From Epiperipatus broadwayi (taxonomy: Eukaryota > Animalia > Onychophora), in the NCBI GenBank assembly GCA_028023455.1, contig JAQFVV010000010.1, positions 7,936,001 through 8,000,000 on the forward strand: DNA of 64,000 bases, in the 5' to 3' direction. Below the pieces are notes generated by a model that was given only the letters and a program-made list of their open reading frames with translations, ran no database searches and had not been told where the DNA came from. The position numbers and the translations under genes were made by a program. Position 1 is the stretch's first letter. Each line of letters opens with the position of its first letter. Below are positions 26,640-40,795 of this stretch, one piece after another.

Positions 26640-27900
26640 TGTTTTTTTTTATCAAGAAATTTATTTAACACAAAATATACATAGTATTATGATATACAGG
26701 ATAACAGGTTAAGCTTGGTTAAAAGGTTAAGAGTTCTCATGCATGTATTATTATCTTCCCAGTTTCTTCCTCTGCACAACTTTATCTAAATACAATATTA
26801 AGTATATTATAAGATTTCTTATACATAGATTCAATATTTAATTCATGTTGTTGGATTTCTTTATCCAATAGATCAATTTTTGTATTAACAGTGACTCCAT
26901 TTCATTATGAGGATACACTAAACTTCTCCATTTTCATTTTCATTTGTTTGTCCAGCTGCAAAATTATAACTGGCACTGGATCTAGTACATCATATTCCTT
27001 TGATCCATCTGACTTTGTTTGTGAGCCTTCAGGCTTATCTTTATGTATTTGAATATTATAATTTTAACAGTTCTTGTTTGTTTCAAATTCTTTCAGTAGT
27101 TTTTGTTCATTATCATCTACTTGTTTCAATGCATCAGGTTTATCTTTGACCCTTATTTGTAACTGCTAATGCTCAATTTGTTTATTTTTCCCCAATAGTT
27201 TTGGTTCTGATTCAATTAAAAGTTTATCACATATTTGGGGTTTATTTTCTGACTTCAAAACCAATTGGGTGTGTTCATCATCCATGATTTGATCATTTCT
27301 TCTTGAAGTTGTACTAGCTCATTTTATACCTTATCATCTATTTTCTTTAAATCATCTACTTTTTGCTCTGATTTAAATGGTTTGCAAAAATTGTCCTCTT
27401 TTTGATTATCTTCCATAATCTCAGTTCCATTTGTTTTTGCTTATGTTCCAACCTTGATTCCATTCACTTTTGCTTATGTTCCATATGTTTTTGAATACCA
27501 TCTATAGTTCAATTCATCATTTGCTTTAAATTATTTTTCACACAGTTTGACTTATTTGTTCGGTTTTTGATTATTTTCCATAGTTTGGTTCATATGCTCC
27601 ATTTGTTTTTGATTATCTTCCATAGTTTGATTTATTTGTTCCATCTGTTTTTGATTATTTTTCATAGTTTTTGTTTTTGACTATTTTTCATCTATTTTTG
27701 CATCTCTAAATATGTCTGTTTTAATAATATGCTCTAAATCATATCCAATTGTAATAATGTTGCAGTACTTTTTTGCATTTTTATCTGTTTATTAATGACT
27801 TTATTTTTTATTTGTTTGTATGAATTACTATCAGAATGGACATTGTCAATATCCAAGCTACTCAAATTTATTTTTGTCATAGCTAGTGTTTTCTAATAAA
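26640..27900 (-). mobile_element. Possible decayed gag-like coiled-coil coding relic
   Basis: The minus strand shows codon-like repeats translating MEDNQKQMEHMNQTMENNQK..., broken by stops. Composition resembles the N-terminus of the Gag at 47431-48723. No LTRs identified. Confidence 0.3.
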
Positions 27901-29453
27901 TTTAAAATTGGGTAGAATATATAATCTCAGTTATACATAACAAGATTTTATTTGCTGTCACTTTCTGACAATAAACATATTTGTTTATCATGATTGCAAT
28001 ATCTCTGCTGTTGTTGCAATATCAATGATATCATTAAATGTTTTTGTTATCATTCTTCATCACACAGGTGAAGTTCTTTCCATGAATTCCTGAGCAATAT
28101 TAATAGTAATTACCTGTGATGTTGATGTTATAGTGGTTTTTATAAATGAATCCAGTTTATTAATGGCTGGGTTCATATTGTGGCAAGACCTTTACATAAT
28201 TTTTTTATAAGATAACATTAATGATTTCATCACAAAACTTTAAAGCTCATTTCTCTTTAGGATTATATTTGACAAAATGGTTACCCAATTTATTCATTAA
28301 ATGAAGACCTTCTTTAATTTAATCTGCATTTAAAATTAGATCTTCATCTTCATTATGAATATCCAAAGATTTGCTTTTCTCTTCCTTTTTTTTTGGTTGA
28401 TTATTTGATATTGCATGAGAGCTACTGAAAAATATTTTATTTAATTAACAAAACATAGATTTGAAAATACGCATGCAATGTATAATTTACCAGCTATTAA
28501 ATTTTGTCAAAATTAATAAATTGCATCTTGTTTTAATTTTTATTAAATTTTTTTAACATCAACACCAACAAGGTACACTTTTTATATAAAAAAACATTAA
28601 AAACATCAAAATTCAAATAAAACATCAACACCAACAAAGTACTTCCCCTTTCAAAACAAATTGTCAAAAATGTCGAAAATGCAGATAAGCAAATTCCCCA
28701 TTTGCAAAAATATTACCATGAAAGGGATTGGATTTCTTTTTGGAAAAAACAATGAGAAAGAGATGAAAACATTTTTTAATCAAATGAGATGATAATAATA
28801 CACATAAATTTTTATTAGTTTATTGAATCGATTGTGTTATTTCAAATAACTTGTGTAAAAAGAGAATTTTCTTTTTTAGTCATATTAAAACAATGTCACC
28901 TACAGAAATTTATGCTTTTTTAAATATGAAAATGATGAAAAATCAACTAAAAATTCTTGCAGAACATGTTTTTGTCAATCAAATATTATATCATCAGTTG
29001 CTAAAGAAACGGCATAAAATTTTTATTTAAATAAATATAATTTTTGATTTGATATTAAAGTTTGAATGTTTTAGCACTAATTTAACTAAAATGTTTTTTA
29101 TATCAACATAATTGACAAATCAGAGTTTATAATCAAGCTCATTTTAAAATAATTCTGCTTTCAAACAAACTTATGTAAAATATTAATTAATTAAACATAA
29201 TATGTTAATATTATTTTACTTACACACTCTACAGAAATTTATGAAAATTCATGATCTTTTTATATAGGAACATTTGATAAAAAAAGAATTAACCACTCAC
29301 AAGAAACACTGAGTAAAAAAATGAATTAACCACTCACCAGAAACACCGAGTCTATTTAAATAGAAATTTGAGCAATTGATGATGTCAGTTCTGATTGGCA
29401 GAAATACATACCCTACCATAAATTAGTTAATTGTTTATCAAATATTATAGTAT

Positions 29454-29753
29454 AAACATCACATGATAACGATTTCTTATGCTTGCTTATAACTGTATTA
29501 AAACAGCAAAACTCTCCATATAATTTTGCCACTCAGTGCAAGACAGAGTAATCCTAAAATTCTAAGATCTAGGTGCAGTGTTCTCAAATCCAAGGCTTCT
29601 CACTGATGAAGGTCACAAGCCAGAAACTAGTTTGGGGATATTGGATGAGTAAGCACTAGATGGGGATTTTATGCACAAGCCTTCAGACATCCATTGATTA
29701 CTCTGTATTGCAATGAGTGACAATACTATATGGAGAGTTTTGCCTGTTTTAAT
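29454..29753. repeat. Hammerhead family 2, inverted (fold-back) pair of fragments
   Basis: 29454-29554 is in array-A orientation (AAACATCACATGAT...GCCACTCAGTGCAAG.CAGAGTAATC). 29555-29753 is in the opposite orientation and contains the HHR. Confidence 0.85.
29597..29638 (+). ncRNA. Minimal type-I hammerhead ribozyme motif (family 2), intact core
   Basis: UUCUCA CUGAUGA AGGU-CACAA-GCCA GAAA CUAG U U UGGGGA. Stem I 6 bp with GU pairs, stem II GGU/GCC, palindromic ACUAGU, GUU site. Confidence 0.75.
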
Positions 29754-30431
29754 GTTGCAATATAAAAAGCCCATACATTTCTATACATTTTTATATAGGC
29801 ATAAATAAAAAATGTTAACATATTAAATATTTTGTAGTGTTTAATTAATTAATATATTAAATCATAAACATGCATGATTAAAATCTTTCATCCATTGTGG
29901 AATAGAGAGCTTATGAAATTATGATCTCACATGCATACAACTTAGTAGCTACTTAAAATAGCTTAGACACCATAATTTATGATATTATATGCACACTATT
30001 ATTAGTCTGAACTTTACAATTTAAAGCAACACATTCAAATTTCTGTTAAATATTCGGAAATTGCCAAATTCATGTTTCAATGTAATAATCAAAATAATAT
30101 TTCAAACTTGTGTGCAAAATTATAGAGATTTGAAAACATGAAAATAAACACTAACTAATAGTATCCGATTAATTTAGTATGATGGATTTAATTTTGATCA
30201 TTTAAATTACAGTGAGAAACATGTTATGTTTTGAGATTGCAAAAAAATTCAAGATCTGACAAAAAATGTTTTGTAAATGTATAGTAAAAAATATAACATT
30301 GATTTTGTGTTGTATGACCTGGTTCATTCAGAAATAACATTGTTATTTTAAAGTTGTATAATTTTGCTATTTGAAAGCATAAATTATTTGCTTTGTTCCA
30401 AATGATAGATAAACTATGCAAGTTTTTCAAT

Positions 30432-31315
30432 TTATCACATGATCACCATTCCCTATGCTTACACAAGCTATATAGCAGTGCCACCCAGGACAAGCCTTAA
30501 TTATCAAGGGTGCAAGAAGGTTTATGCATAATATCTTTATCTAGTGCCTACTCATTCAATGACCCCTGACTAGTTTCTAGCTTGTGGCTTTCATCAGTGA
30601 GGAGTCTTGGGTCTTAGGATACAATGTAATCCTCCAGAGTCAAAGTTTTCAATCCAAGCTAATTCACCCGTATAGTCATATAGTTTTGAATCCAGTTTAC
30701 TATCTATACATTTCAGTGACTATATGCATTGCTGTCATATCCATAATTCCTCACTGTAAAAGCTACAAGCTAGAAACTAGTCTCAGGATATTGGATGAGT
30801 AGGCACTAGTTAGAGATTTTATGCACAAATCTTCTTGTATCCACTAATCACAAAAGCTTGTATTGGTTAGTACTATTATATAGAGAATTTAATATTGTTT
30901 TAATAGATTGTGTAAACAAAGGAAATGTGATCATGTGATGTTTTAATGGTTTTATACCAATACTGCCAATAGGATGATGGTGACTGCGATTTACAAAAAA
31001 TGTATAATTACTAAACTGGGCTCATATCTAAGTGAATTACCTTGGATTGAAAACATTATTGTTTTTATCTTTGGATCATAGCTTTATAATTAACTTAATA
31101 TATAAAAAAATACTGGTTGAAAGGTCACAGTGTATCCTAAGATCTACATGTAGTGCTCCCAAATCCAAGGCTCCTCAATGATGAAAGCCACAAGCTAGAG
31201 ACTTGTCTAGAGACATGGAATGAGTAGGCACTAGATAGCGATTTTATGTGTAAATCTTCTTGCTCCATTGAATATTAAGGTTCACACTTGTGACACTACT
31301 ATATGAAGAGTTTGC
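30432..31315. repeat. Hammerhead family 2 cluster: minus-sense fragment followed by ~1.3 plus-sense tandem monomers (period ~424 bp)
   Basis: HHR on minus at 30562-30603. Plus-sense HHR positions at ~30754 (core mutated CUGUAAA) and ~31178 (AUGAUGA...GAGA). Confidence 0.85.
30562..30603 (-). ncRNA. Minimal type-I hammerhead ribozyme motif (family 2), intact core
   Basis: Minus strand: UCCUCA CUGAUGA AAGC-CACAA-GCUA GAAA CUAG U C AGGGGU. GUC cleavage triplet. Same sense as the ALK pre-mRNA. Confidence 0.75.
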
Positions 31316-31974
31316 TAATTTTTTTAATTATGTAATACTTTCCATTTTTATTATTGGGCAGTGTGATGGGGTGCCACATCAAAAATCATTCAGGAAGAGT
31401 GCAAGAGTTATAAAACACTTTAATTATTATACATAATATCAATATTTACAGATAAATTTAACAGATATAAGGAAAAGGTGTTGGAAAGCAAAACAAACAT
31501 TCTGTTAAATCAATATTATATATTATGGTGAACTCACATTAAAGAATTATGGAATAACGATTAAACTTGGTCATATTTCTAAATATTCTACAACAAAAGT
31601 TATATGCTTCAGAATTACCAATAATCTTTAAAATAAGCAGATTAAATTTTCATCTGAAATGAAAAATTATGAAAAATTTAATATGTGAATAGTTGAGTTT
31701 AATATGAAATAAATCTTAACTTAGAATTTCTATGGTATTAAATAGAGATGTAGGAAGTTGAGGGTTAAAATCCAGAGAGATTTGATTTAAGAATTCTGAA
31801 AATAATAAAAAACAATGATATATCATTAATTCTTTTTGAAGACAAAATAGGTAAAAAAAAATTACTATAAATTTGAAAAAAAATTATCAGTGGGAATGAG
31901 AATTTGTTAAATACAAATATACAAATTTTCTCAGTGGAGAAAAGAAAAAAAAGTATCTCATATATATATATGTA

Positions 31975-32360
31975 AATAGATTATATCCTGTACATGAGGG
32001 GTCAGATTGACTTATGGTCAACATGTGTAGAATGAGAAGGTTGGCATCAATGTGAGCTTTGAGCATTCCATCATCAGATTTTCAATGAAATGGATGGCTG
32101 AAGAGTTGTGGGGTGAAATGGATTGAAGCTTGTCCATTAAAGTATGAAGATAGCTATCTTAATATAATCTGAGCATTGATTGTATATATGTGTGGAGATG
32201 ATAATCTGAACCAACTGATGAGTCCTGGTTTAACATGAAGTATGTGTATTGGTGATTATTTATCTTTTCAACATGTGTGTGATCAAGAGTGTCAGCAGTA
32301 TGAGATAGCATAGAGAGCTGAGGGTCATGTGAAAGTCTGAGTTCAAACCCCTATATATTA
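31975..32360 (+). repeat. Hammerhead family 1, single near-monomer copy
   Basis: CCTGTACATGAGGGGTCAGATTGAC...CCAACTGATGAGTCCTGGTTTAACATGAAG (core GAAA mutated to GAAG)...GAAAGTCTGAGTTCAAACCCC. Confidence 0.85.
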
Positions 32361-34299
32361 AAAATTGGAGTGCAGATATGAAAAAGCCTGTACTGTAGGA
32401 AAAAAATCATATATCATATATAAAGAAAATAGATAAATATTATAAGACAGAACAAAGGTCATCAACAAAAAAAGAATTTGATCTGCATTTGAAAAAGAAA
32501 TTCATTAGCAAGTGAAAACCTCACTCACAAAGCAGAAAAAAGTGAATGACAAATAAACTGGAGAAAAGTTGAAGAAAATTCAGAAATTTGCATTAGAAAG
32601 CAAGTAGAGAACTGCTTAAAGAATTAATCTCATAAGATCAGCAGTGCCCGTGTGATTTATTACAGTAGTGAGTGGAAACTCTGAAATTCAAAGTTCATGG
32701 ATTATAGTTTCACCCCATTATTTCCAATGCTTGAATTTTTAAAGAAACTCCTGATGAATAACCATTTCATTATTTTTACTGCTTTTTGCAAAAGTAAAAA
32801 TAAAACAAGTATTATAATTTAAAAAGAATTAGAATGAGTGATGAATATAAGAAATAACTATATGAATTCAGATCATAAATAATTTGATTTATTTATAGTA
32901 TAAATCACAAAAGTGGTAAGAGAACCAATTTGCATCTGTGAGACATCTATTAATGGTAATCTTGATTTTTTTAAGTAATTGAGATTAGCTGTAACATTAA
33001 AAATGAAAAAAAAAAACCACCAAGGCTTTAGATGCTAATCTGAACAAGTTAAGAGCATTAGATAGCAAACTGTGAGAATACATGCAAAATAACAATTATG
33101 CTAATATAATAAAATATCAGAATGTTTACATTTATAATAAAATAATATAAAAATATATAACAGTGATTACAAATATATATATAATTATAAAGAAAAACCT
33201 TTTTCAACACATAATTTTATGCCCTTTTTAAGGTTAAATGTTATTTGTTTTAACTATTAATATATTACTGCATACACAGTGATATCTATTGTTTTATAAA
33301 AATTTATATTTTATAATTGCTGTTATATATTGATATTTATACTATTTTATTATAAATTTATATAAAAAACACATTTCATTTTTGATTAGTATTTAAAATA
33401 TATTAGGCTGAATTTATGTTAATTTAATCAAAAATCATCATTTAAGTGGTAATAAATTAAAGACAGAGACAAAATGCATACACCTTCAAATTTATTTTGG
33501 GACACGTGGAATAAGGTTTTGTTTTTATAAACAATTCTTCAAAGCATACCTCGAAATTATAAGGAAACAACTTGTTTGGGACTAGAATCAGAATGGCTTC
33601 TTTGAAGCAAAAGACAGTGTTGTTCAAAGTCATGTAAATTTAATTTAGCAGTTGTAACAATTTTTTTTTTCTTGTCTAATAAATTATTTAAAAAAAAAAA
33701 AAGTGGTAATAATATTCGTGAAATAAAACATTTATCAATCTATTTTTTTCTTCCTGCCTACTAACCTATTCATCCATCCATCAACACACTAATCAATCTA
33801 TCTATTTACCTATCTATTCATATATTTATCTATCCTTCCATCAATTTGTTTATTCATCCATTTATCTATCTGTCCATTCATCCACTATCCATTCACACAT
33901 CCATTAATCTAATCTATATATTAATAATATAAACTAGTTTTTATCTTAATGGTAAAAAAATATTACTTTATAACCTATATAAGACAATATATAAAAGATC
34001 ATATTTTGTAAGATGGTGGAAAACAAATAGCAAATGATTTTTTTATATTTAATAGTTTTATGTGTCAAAATCAAATTTTGAAAAAATTCTCTGTCATTAT
34101 GGGCGGGATCAAATATGACTTTTCTTTTATTAAAATCAGAAATCTTTAAGCTAAAAAACCCAAAGTAATCAGTTAGATATCTTATTTCTTCCTTTATCAT
34201 TTTCAACTAACATGGCAAAATCTAAAATTTCAAATCTATTTATATATGTCTTTGTCTATTCAATAACTTTGACTTTAAAATCATTGTTATATTATCCAA

Positions 34300-35640
34300 T
34301 CCTAACATAAAAGTTAATAAATGTCTAGCGTATATTTTACTATATATTGATTGTTTACAAAATAGATCTATCAAATTATTCTATTTAAATATATTCTCTA
34401 CTTGCATCTACTTGAGCTTTGAAAAGTATACTATCTTCTTTCTACTATTATAAAATACTTAACTCCTAATAACTTATTTTATGTATACAAAAACTGTTTA
34501 TTTTCTATATCTATTTTCGATTTCATAAATACTGCATTTTATTAGTGATAATATTTTTCGGTCTCAATTTGTATGATTTTTAGCTAATAATAATTTCCAT
34601 AAAACATTCAGCTCACTTTATACAGGTAAACTGACATGAAATTCTTGTCCAATTTTTTAATACATTTTACTATATTTTTACTCATTTTGTTGTTTTATTT
34701 ATATATATAAAACCCAATAAAAACAATTTTAAATATTCTACCATTTATATATTGAACTCTATCAAACATTTCTACTTATTTTTTGCTTCTTTAAAATTCT
34801 GATAATCCCTTCTATCAAATTGCTTCATTTGTTGTCTATGTAACTGCAGATATGTCCCTACTTCTTTCTGAATTCTCTTTAGAATATATAATATTCTTCT
34901 GCAATCACTCAATGATCATTCTTATATGTTAAACTTGATACCACAATTCAATGACATAATTCTTACTACATCATAGTTATTATATAAAAACAATGCTAAT
35001 TTTTTTATCAGCCTCCCCCCCCTGCATAATTTATTTTTATTTTTTTCTAAATACCCAAAATGTTTCCTCAATAATTATATTATTTAAGTGTTTCATATAT
35101 TTCCACTGAATTACTTTTTTTTCTTTATTTTTGGTAGTTATTATCATCATTTGTGATAATGATGATAATTATTATTATCACTATTATTTTCTTCACTAAA
35201 TTTAATTCCTAGCTTTTTTACTCCTTCCCAAATTATTTACATGTCATTTCTATTTTCTACACATAAGATATTTTAACACAATTTCTAATTCTTATATTGT
35301 TAATTGCATTTCTTTTAAATGTAATAAAAAACAAAGGCAATATATTTCCTATTTCAATAATTATATATATATATATATATATATTTAATTATATCCACTA
35401 ATTCCCATATTTAATAAATCTGGTCGCAGTCTATTTCTACTTATTTTGTCATAAGCCTCCACCAGATCTATTACAATCATTTTCTTACTAATGACGAGAT
35501 CATTTCTCTATATGTTAATCAGATAGATCTCTTTAAATGTCTATCATTATGTAATTTTCTTCTACTCATTAAATTTTTTATTCAGTATCATTCAAAACAA
35601 AATATTTTATAAAACACTGAATTTACCTCATCTGGTTTCT
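34300..35640 (-). mobile_element. Highly decayed non-LTR retrotransposon RT fragment
   Basis: Minus strand near 35480-35390 translates MIVIDLVEAYDKISRNRLRPDLLNMGISG (the DxxKAYD motif region). CGIKFN occurs near 34940. Boundaries are uncertain. Confidence 0.5.
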
Positions 35641-36834
35641 AAGTAATTAGCCTTCCATGATCTCTAATCTTTTAAATAAAAATAATTGTGAAAAAAACAT
35701 TTTTTAAATGAATAATTAAGAATGTATGCTTCATTATTAATTCAAAATTTGACCAAGTATAAATCTTATAATAAGACAACAGGCTTAAAGTCATTTTCGT
35801 AATGAAATGATAATATAGTATATTTATAGAAGAGTTATATAGAATCAGATGCAAGATAATCTGTGTGTAAATGCATGCATACAATAATTTATTAAGTACT
35901 AAATAAATAATAACACAAAACAAGTTATTGGATGGATCTCCATAACTTTTATACCCAGAACACATAAGTCTATTTAAAAGATATTCCAAAATGATATTAA
36001 ATAAGCTTTAAGTTTTAATAGAATATATAATTTTCAATGACTTTATGACCAGTTACTAAATTTAAATATTAGGTGAATTAAGAAATTCATTTTTGCCACA
36101 TTAAAAGATGTTATAGGTTTTAAATTGAAACTTAAATGAAAATAACTATGTTTACTGCCATGCTGTATTAATTTTGAATTATTAAATTATCAGACTTCTG
36201 ACCTTTTAGACCAGAGTCAATCTGTGTAACAATTTTATTGAATAAAATAAATTTTTACTTGAAAATCAATGTGAATGTTTTTTTTAACTACTTACAAACA
36301 TCAAGTTTATCACTGACTATGATTTATAGTGATAATAAAAAATCATCTGACCAAAATTTTTGAACAGTTAATGGTCCTTAAACTATTATAAAATCTTCAG
36401 TAAACTTTTAAAGTAATAGACAATGGTTTGTCTTCTATAAAATAACTAGTTTATCTATAGGCATTAGGATAAGAGTATTATTTCACTGGAAGTATTATTA
36501 TTTATTTATGTGAATTAAGTTTTTAAGATAAAATATATCTATAAATTATGTGTAGAATTAATTTATCAGATATAAAAGATTAGAATAATCCATAATGTAA
36601 TTAATAGGTGTAATAGAAATATGTTATAATTTTTTTTAAATTAATATCTTTTGAGAAAACATATGATATAAATCCTACACATATATTCAGTTGGGTATCT
36701 ATAAATATATGCACAATACAATGTGAAATAAGATAGGTGAGTTAGATAGATAGATCACTTATCTACAATTAATACAAATAAAACTTGAGCATTAAAACTA
36801 AATATTATGTTAGATTGAACACATATGAATGTAT

Positions 36835-36900
36835 AAACCACTAAACATTACATGATCACCATTTTGGCACTACTGTATGGAGAGTTTTGCCTGTTTTAAT
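36835..36900. repeat. 66-bp fold-back chimera of hammerhead family 2
   Basis: AAACCACTAAACATTACATGATCACCATT (array-A orientation) joined directly to TGGCACTACTGTATGGAGAGTTTTGCCTG (opposite orientation). Confidence 0.7.
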
Positions 36901-37859
36901 ATGGATGTATACTGAAGAATATTTAGTTTTTATGGACATTATTTGACTGCAATAACATATTAAAGCTTTCACGTTGACTATTATATTGTATTTTGCTTAT
37001 ATAAACTACCTAAAGTACTTAATAATTTTTTATTTACTGCTGAATCATTATGGTGTAAGTTCTTTACTGAAAACTATCAAATTGATTGTAATTATTTCAA
37101 ATAAAATAAATAATCGAATGGTTTGGAGCTCAGGAGTTTCATATAAGTTTGAATATAGGAAATAACTGAAGTTCATGGACCATGGGCTCGAGAGTCCAAT
37201 ACTATAAACCACTACAAAATAATTGAAGTAATAAATCTTTAATGGCAAAGGTTTCATGATTATTTTAAATTATTATGTGTTTTGTATGCATAACATGATT
37301 AAAATGCAAAAATGGTTAAGGCAATATCATTATCTATGAGTGTTAAATTTTTATATTAAGTTGAACAACTTTAATTGTCATACCCAGAACAATTGAGTTA
37401 TTTATAAAATGTTGATGGTGAGTGAAAGCTTCCTGGATTACAGAAAATACTATTGTTTGTCTAATTGTATCAAAACATTTATATTTTTCCATTTTGCCAC
37501 ATTAGTGTTCGAGTCTGAACTACATGAGTAAATATATACGTATTATTAGGATAATAGAATGATGTGAAGTAAATAGATGGCATCCATCATTTATAAACAT
37601 TACAGATAATTTTAAGCATAATTTCGTTATAACATTTTTTTCTTGTTAATTTAAAATTCTTTAATAAATTTACATTTTTAAAACAAATAAATTTTCATAT
37701 TCATTTAACACGATTTATTTGTTGTTTTTTTTTATATATAAAAATCAATTATTAATATTTTGGAAAATTTTAATGTCATTGATGTTAAGAAAATAGTTTA
37801 CAAAAATTTATTTCTTTATTTAGTACTCTAATAATAATACGAATATCATTTACATTTTT

Positions 37860-40795
37860 TATTACTTTTTACAATGCTTTTTACAACCCACTATTGACAG
37901 TTTCGATAGCCCCAGCAATCTTTTTCAGAACTATAACAAACACAATACAAATACATGAATATAAATATACAAGGACATATAATTTTACATTATATATATA
38001 TATTCTATCTTTTAATCATTATTTATATACCCATATATATCTTTATATACATCTCTATATAATTATTACCTTTTATATATTACACATTTTTATCTTTTTA
38101 ATAGTCTATATTTATCAATCAATACTTCCTATAATCATATATATATAATTTTTATTTCATTCTTATTAATTTTTTAATATTTAACTATCATATTTTTATA
38201 TATCTACATTATTATTATTCATTTTATTAACATTCAATATGCATAATTTTCTTTAACCAATAATAATATTTTTTAACATATTTTTTAATATATTTTTTAT
38301 ACCTACCTTCTACTTATATTCTCAAATCTTAACTGCTATCAATGCAAATTTTTAAATTTTACAGTTATATTTAGTAGCTTCCTCTTTCTATTTTTTTTAT
38401 ATAATTAAATCTTTTTTTTTATTCAAAATTTCTTTCAGCCCAAATTTCTATTTAATAAGTTGCTTGATATTATTAATATAAATAGCTTTTTTCAGTTTTC
38501 TATCCCTTTTACTATTTGCAAATTGTATCATCTTTTTATAATCCTTTCTAAACTCATGCCTGTATCATCTTTAGACAATCCTTTCCAAACTCATGCCCTG
38601 TTTCTAATGTATGTAAATATATTGGTAACTTTTTGTCGTATTTATGTTATAATACTCTTCTATATATTGAATTTTTTGTTTCTCCTAAATAATTTACTTT
38701 TATATTATTAATTTGACACTTTTTACAATTAATTTCATATATTCCATTTATTTCATCATCCAAATTTTTATTATAATTACAAAAATACATATTTTCTAAA
38801 ATACTAATTATATTTTTTTTTTATTCTTTATTTTTACATTTATTATATTATTAATTTTACCTATAACTTTATTTAAATTTTTAACTATACAGTTATTTCC
38901 TGTTTTTAAACACATATAATTAATTTTATCTATACTACTTTTTTTCTTCTTTTATTATTATTTATATAATCTATCATATTTTCTATTAATCTAATATTAT
39001 CATTTATAAATTTATTTGAATAATCATTATTGGTTGTGTTCTGATCCATTGTGTCAGCTGCGGGTTGGCACTATTTCTAGATTAATTTCTAGAAATATGC
39101 CATTTTCACGGCCACACCCAAGCCTTTAAGCCTTCTTTCTACAATAAATCCTAGAAAGAGTGTTAACTTGGAGTTAAGTCTTCTTTTACCCTAAAATCTA
39201 GAAAGTGTTAACTCGGAGTTAAGCCTTCTTTCTATGATAAAACCTAGAAAGAGTGTCAACTTGGCTGGCGGCTAAACGCTGTGGCTTTTTCCTATGCTAG
39301 AAGCAGAGGAAGGTGCTGTAGTTGTTTGTGTTACACACTATATCATAATGCTGTCTTATGTATTTTATGTAACAGTATCGTACGAGGGTGTGTTAAGTTC
39401 ATCGTGTCAAAATTATTTAAATTTTCATTGGGGCCTTTTTTTAAATATGAACTGATGTACTGTTACCTTTTAACAGTTTTAACAGTGTCGTGATTGTTCC
39501 TCATAAAGCTGTAAGCCTCCTAAATTCTCTATTAGGGTGGGGTAGCACAATTTTTTTGATGATCACGCTTTAAGTCACGTTTTAGCGAGTAATTTTCCGA
39601 GACCAAGAATATGGTTAATTCGTACACAGAAAAATTGAAAATATGGGAATTGCCAGACATGGAAGCCGGCGCTGTGACATTTCTACAGCAGAAAAAAACA
39701 TCCTGCTAAAAGAAAAGAAATGTTTGTGTGGCAAATATATGCGACTTGAGATCCATAAACATCTTTGGACTTTCATTTGTAAGTCTCATTCTTGCCGACG
39801 GAAATGTTCACTTCATAAAGGGCAGCTTGTTTGAGGGATTCCCTGACTTTGTAAAAACTATTTTATCCTTATTTTAGTCTTTATTTCTTTAATATTCTTT
39901 ATTTTAATAATATCATCATTCTTATTTATTCCTTTATTTTTATGTTTCTTCTTTATCCTATAAATCACATACTTTATATTAAATTCTTCCATCCATACTT
40001 TACCTTTATTATTAATAATTTTATTATTATCTATATTCCTATAATAATAGATTTTGTAATTTTCTTCTACATACTTCTGTGCATTCTAAATTCTATTATA
40101 TCATTACTACCATTATATCCATATGGTCCATATTTAATCCCTTTACTTATAACTGCTTTTTCTGTTAATTCTATATATGTCATATTATAAATTTTATCCT
40201 TATAATTATTCTTTTTTTTTTCTTATCTTTCTTTAATCGTTTTTCTTCCTTTAACCTCCTGTTTTTTTATTATGTCTATTCTCTGTATCTTATTAATATC
40301 TTTTTAAATCTACTTGGTTCTCTAAAAAAATTTTCTTCTTCCTTGTTTTATATTATAACTATTATTAATAATACTTTTAATATCATCTTTTCTAATTCTT
40401 CTATAAACTTGATTTTGTTTATTGCCATTTTCCTATAACTATTGATCCATATAAATTTTGGTATTATATCCAATCTTATACATTCTTTTAAAAAATTAAT
40501 ATTATTATTAATATTATTTAATTTAATAACCAATTTCCATTTTTCATTTAAATAGTCTACTGTTTATTCACTTTCCTTATCTTTAACATAATTTATTAAA
40601 TTCTTGATTCCATGTATCCACTCATATATATATATCAATGTTATCTTCTTTCTTCTTATCTAAGTCTATTTCCAGTATTCTTTATCTTCTTTATGAAGTA
40701 TTATAACTTTATCTTTCATATTGCATTGTCAAATCCATATAACATTAACATCATTTATGGTCTTTATTATTTCTTACAATGTTTTTAGAGTTAAC
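37860..40795 (-). mobile_element. AT-rich internally deleted Penelope-like element (N-terminal domain plus GIY-YIG plus 3' pLTR)
   Basis: Minus strand: NINFLKECIRLDIIPKFI (~40500), VISKGIKYGP (~40150), GIYEINCK...YLGETK.SIYRR..HKYD..IYLHTLETGHEF...KRDRKLKKAIYI (38750-38470). 3'-end HHR-like motif at 37891-37934. RT core not seen. Interrupted by a Merlin fragment. Confidence 0.75.
39032..39855 (+). mobile_element. 5' part of a Merlin (ISXO2/IS1016-like) DNA transposon
   Basis: Starts GGTTGTGTTCTGATCC. Three ~48-bp subterminal tandem units at 39128-39265. N-terminal transposase-like FLQQKNILLKEKKCLCGKYMRLE...WTFICKSHSCRRKCSLHKG(S)LFEG. Right TIR and DDE domain absent. Confidence 0.6.

Noticed and set aside
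29376-29412. UUGAUGA-stem-GAAAUACAUA hammerhead-like string
   Set aside because: U3 core, no stem I pairing and single occurrence.
39128-39265. Regularly spaced repeats as a CRISPR-like array
   Set aside because: Eukaryotic context. Units are contiguous tandem repeats without unique spacers, located in a transposon subterminal region.
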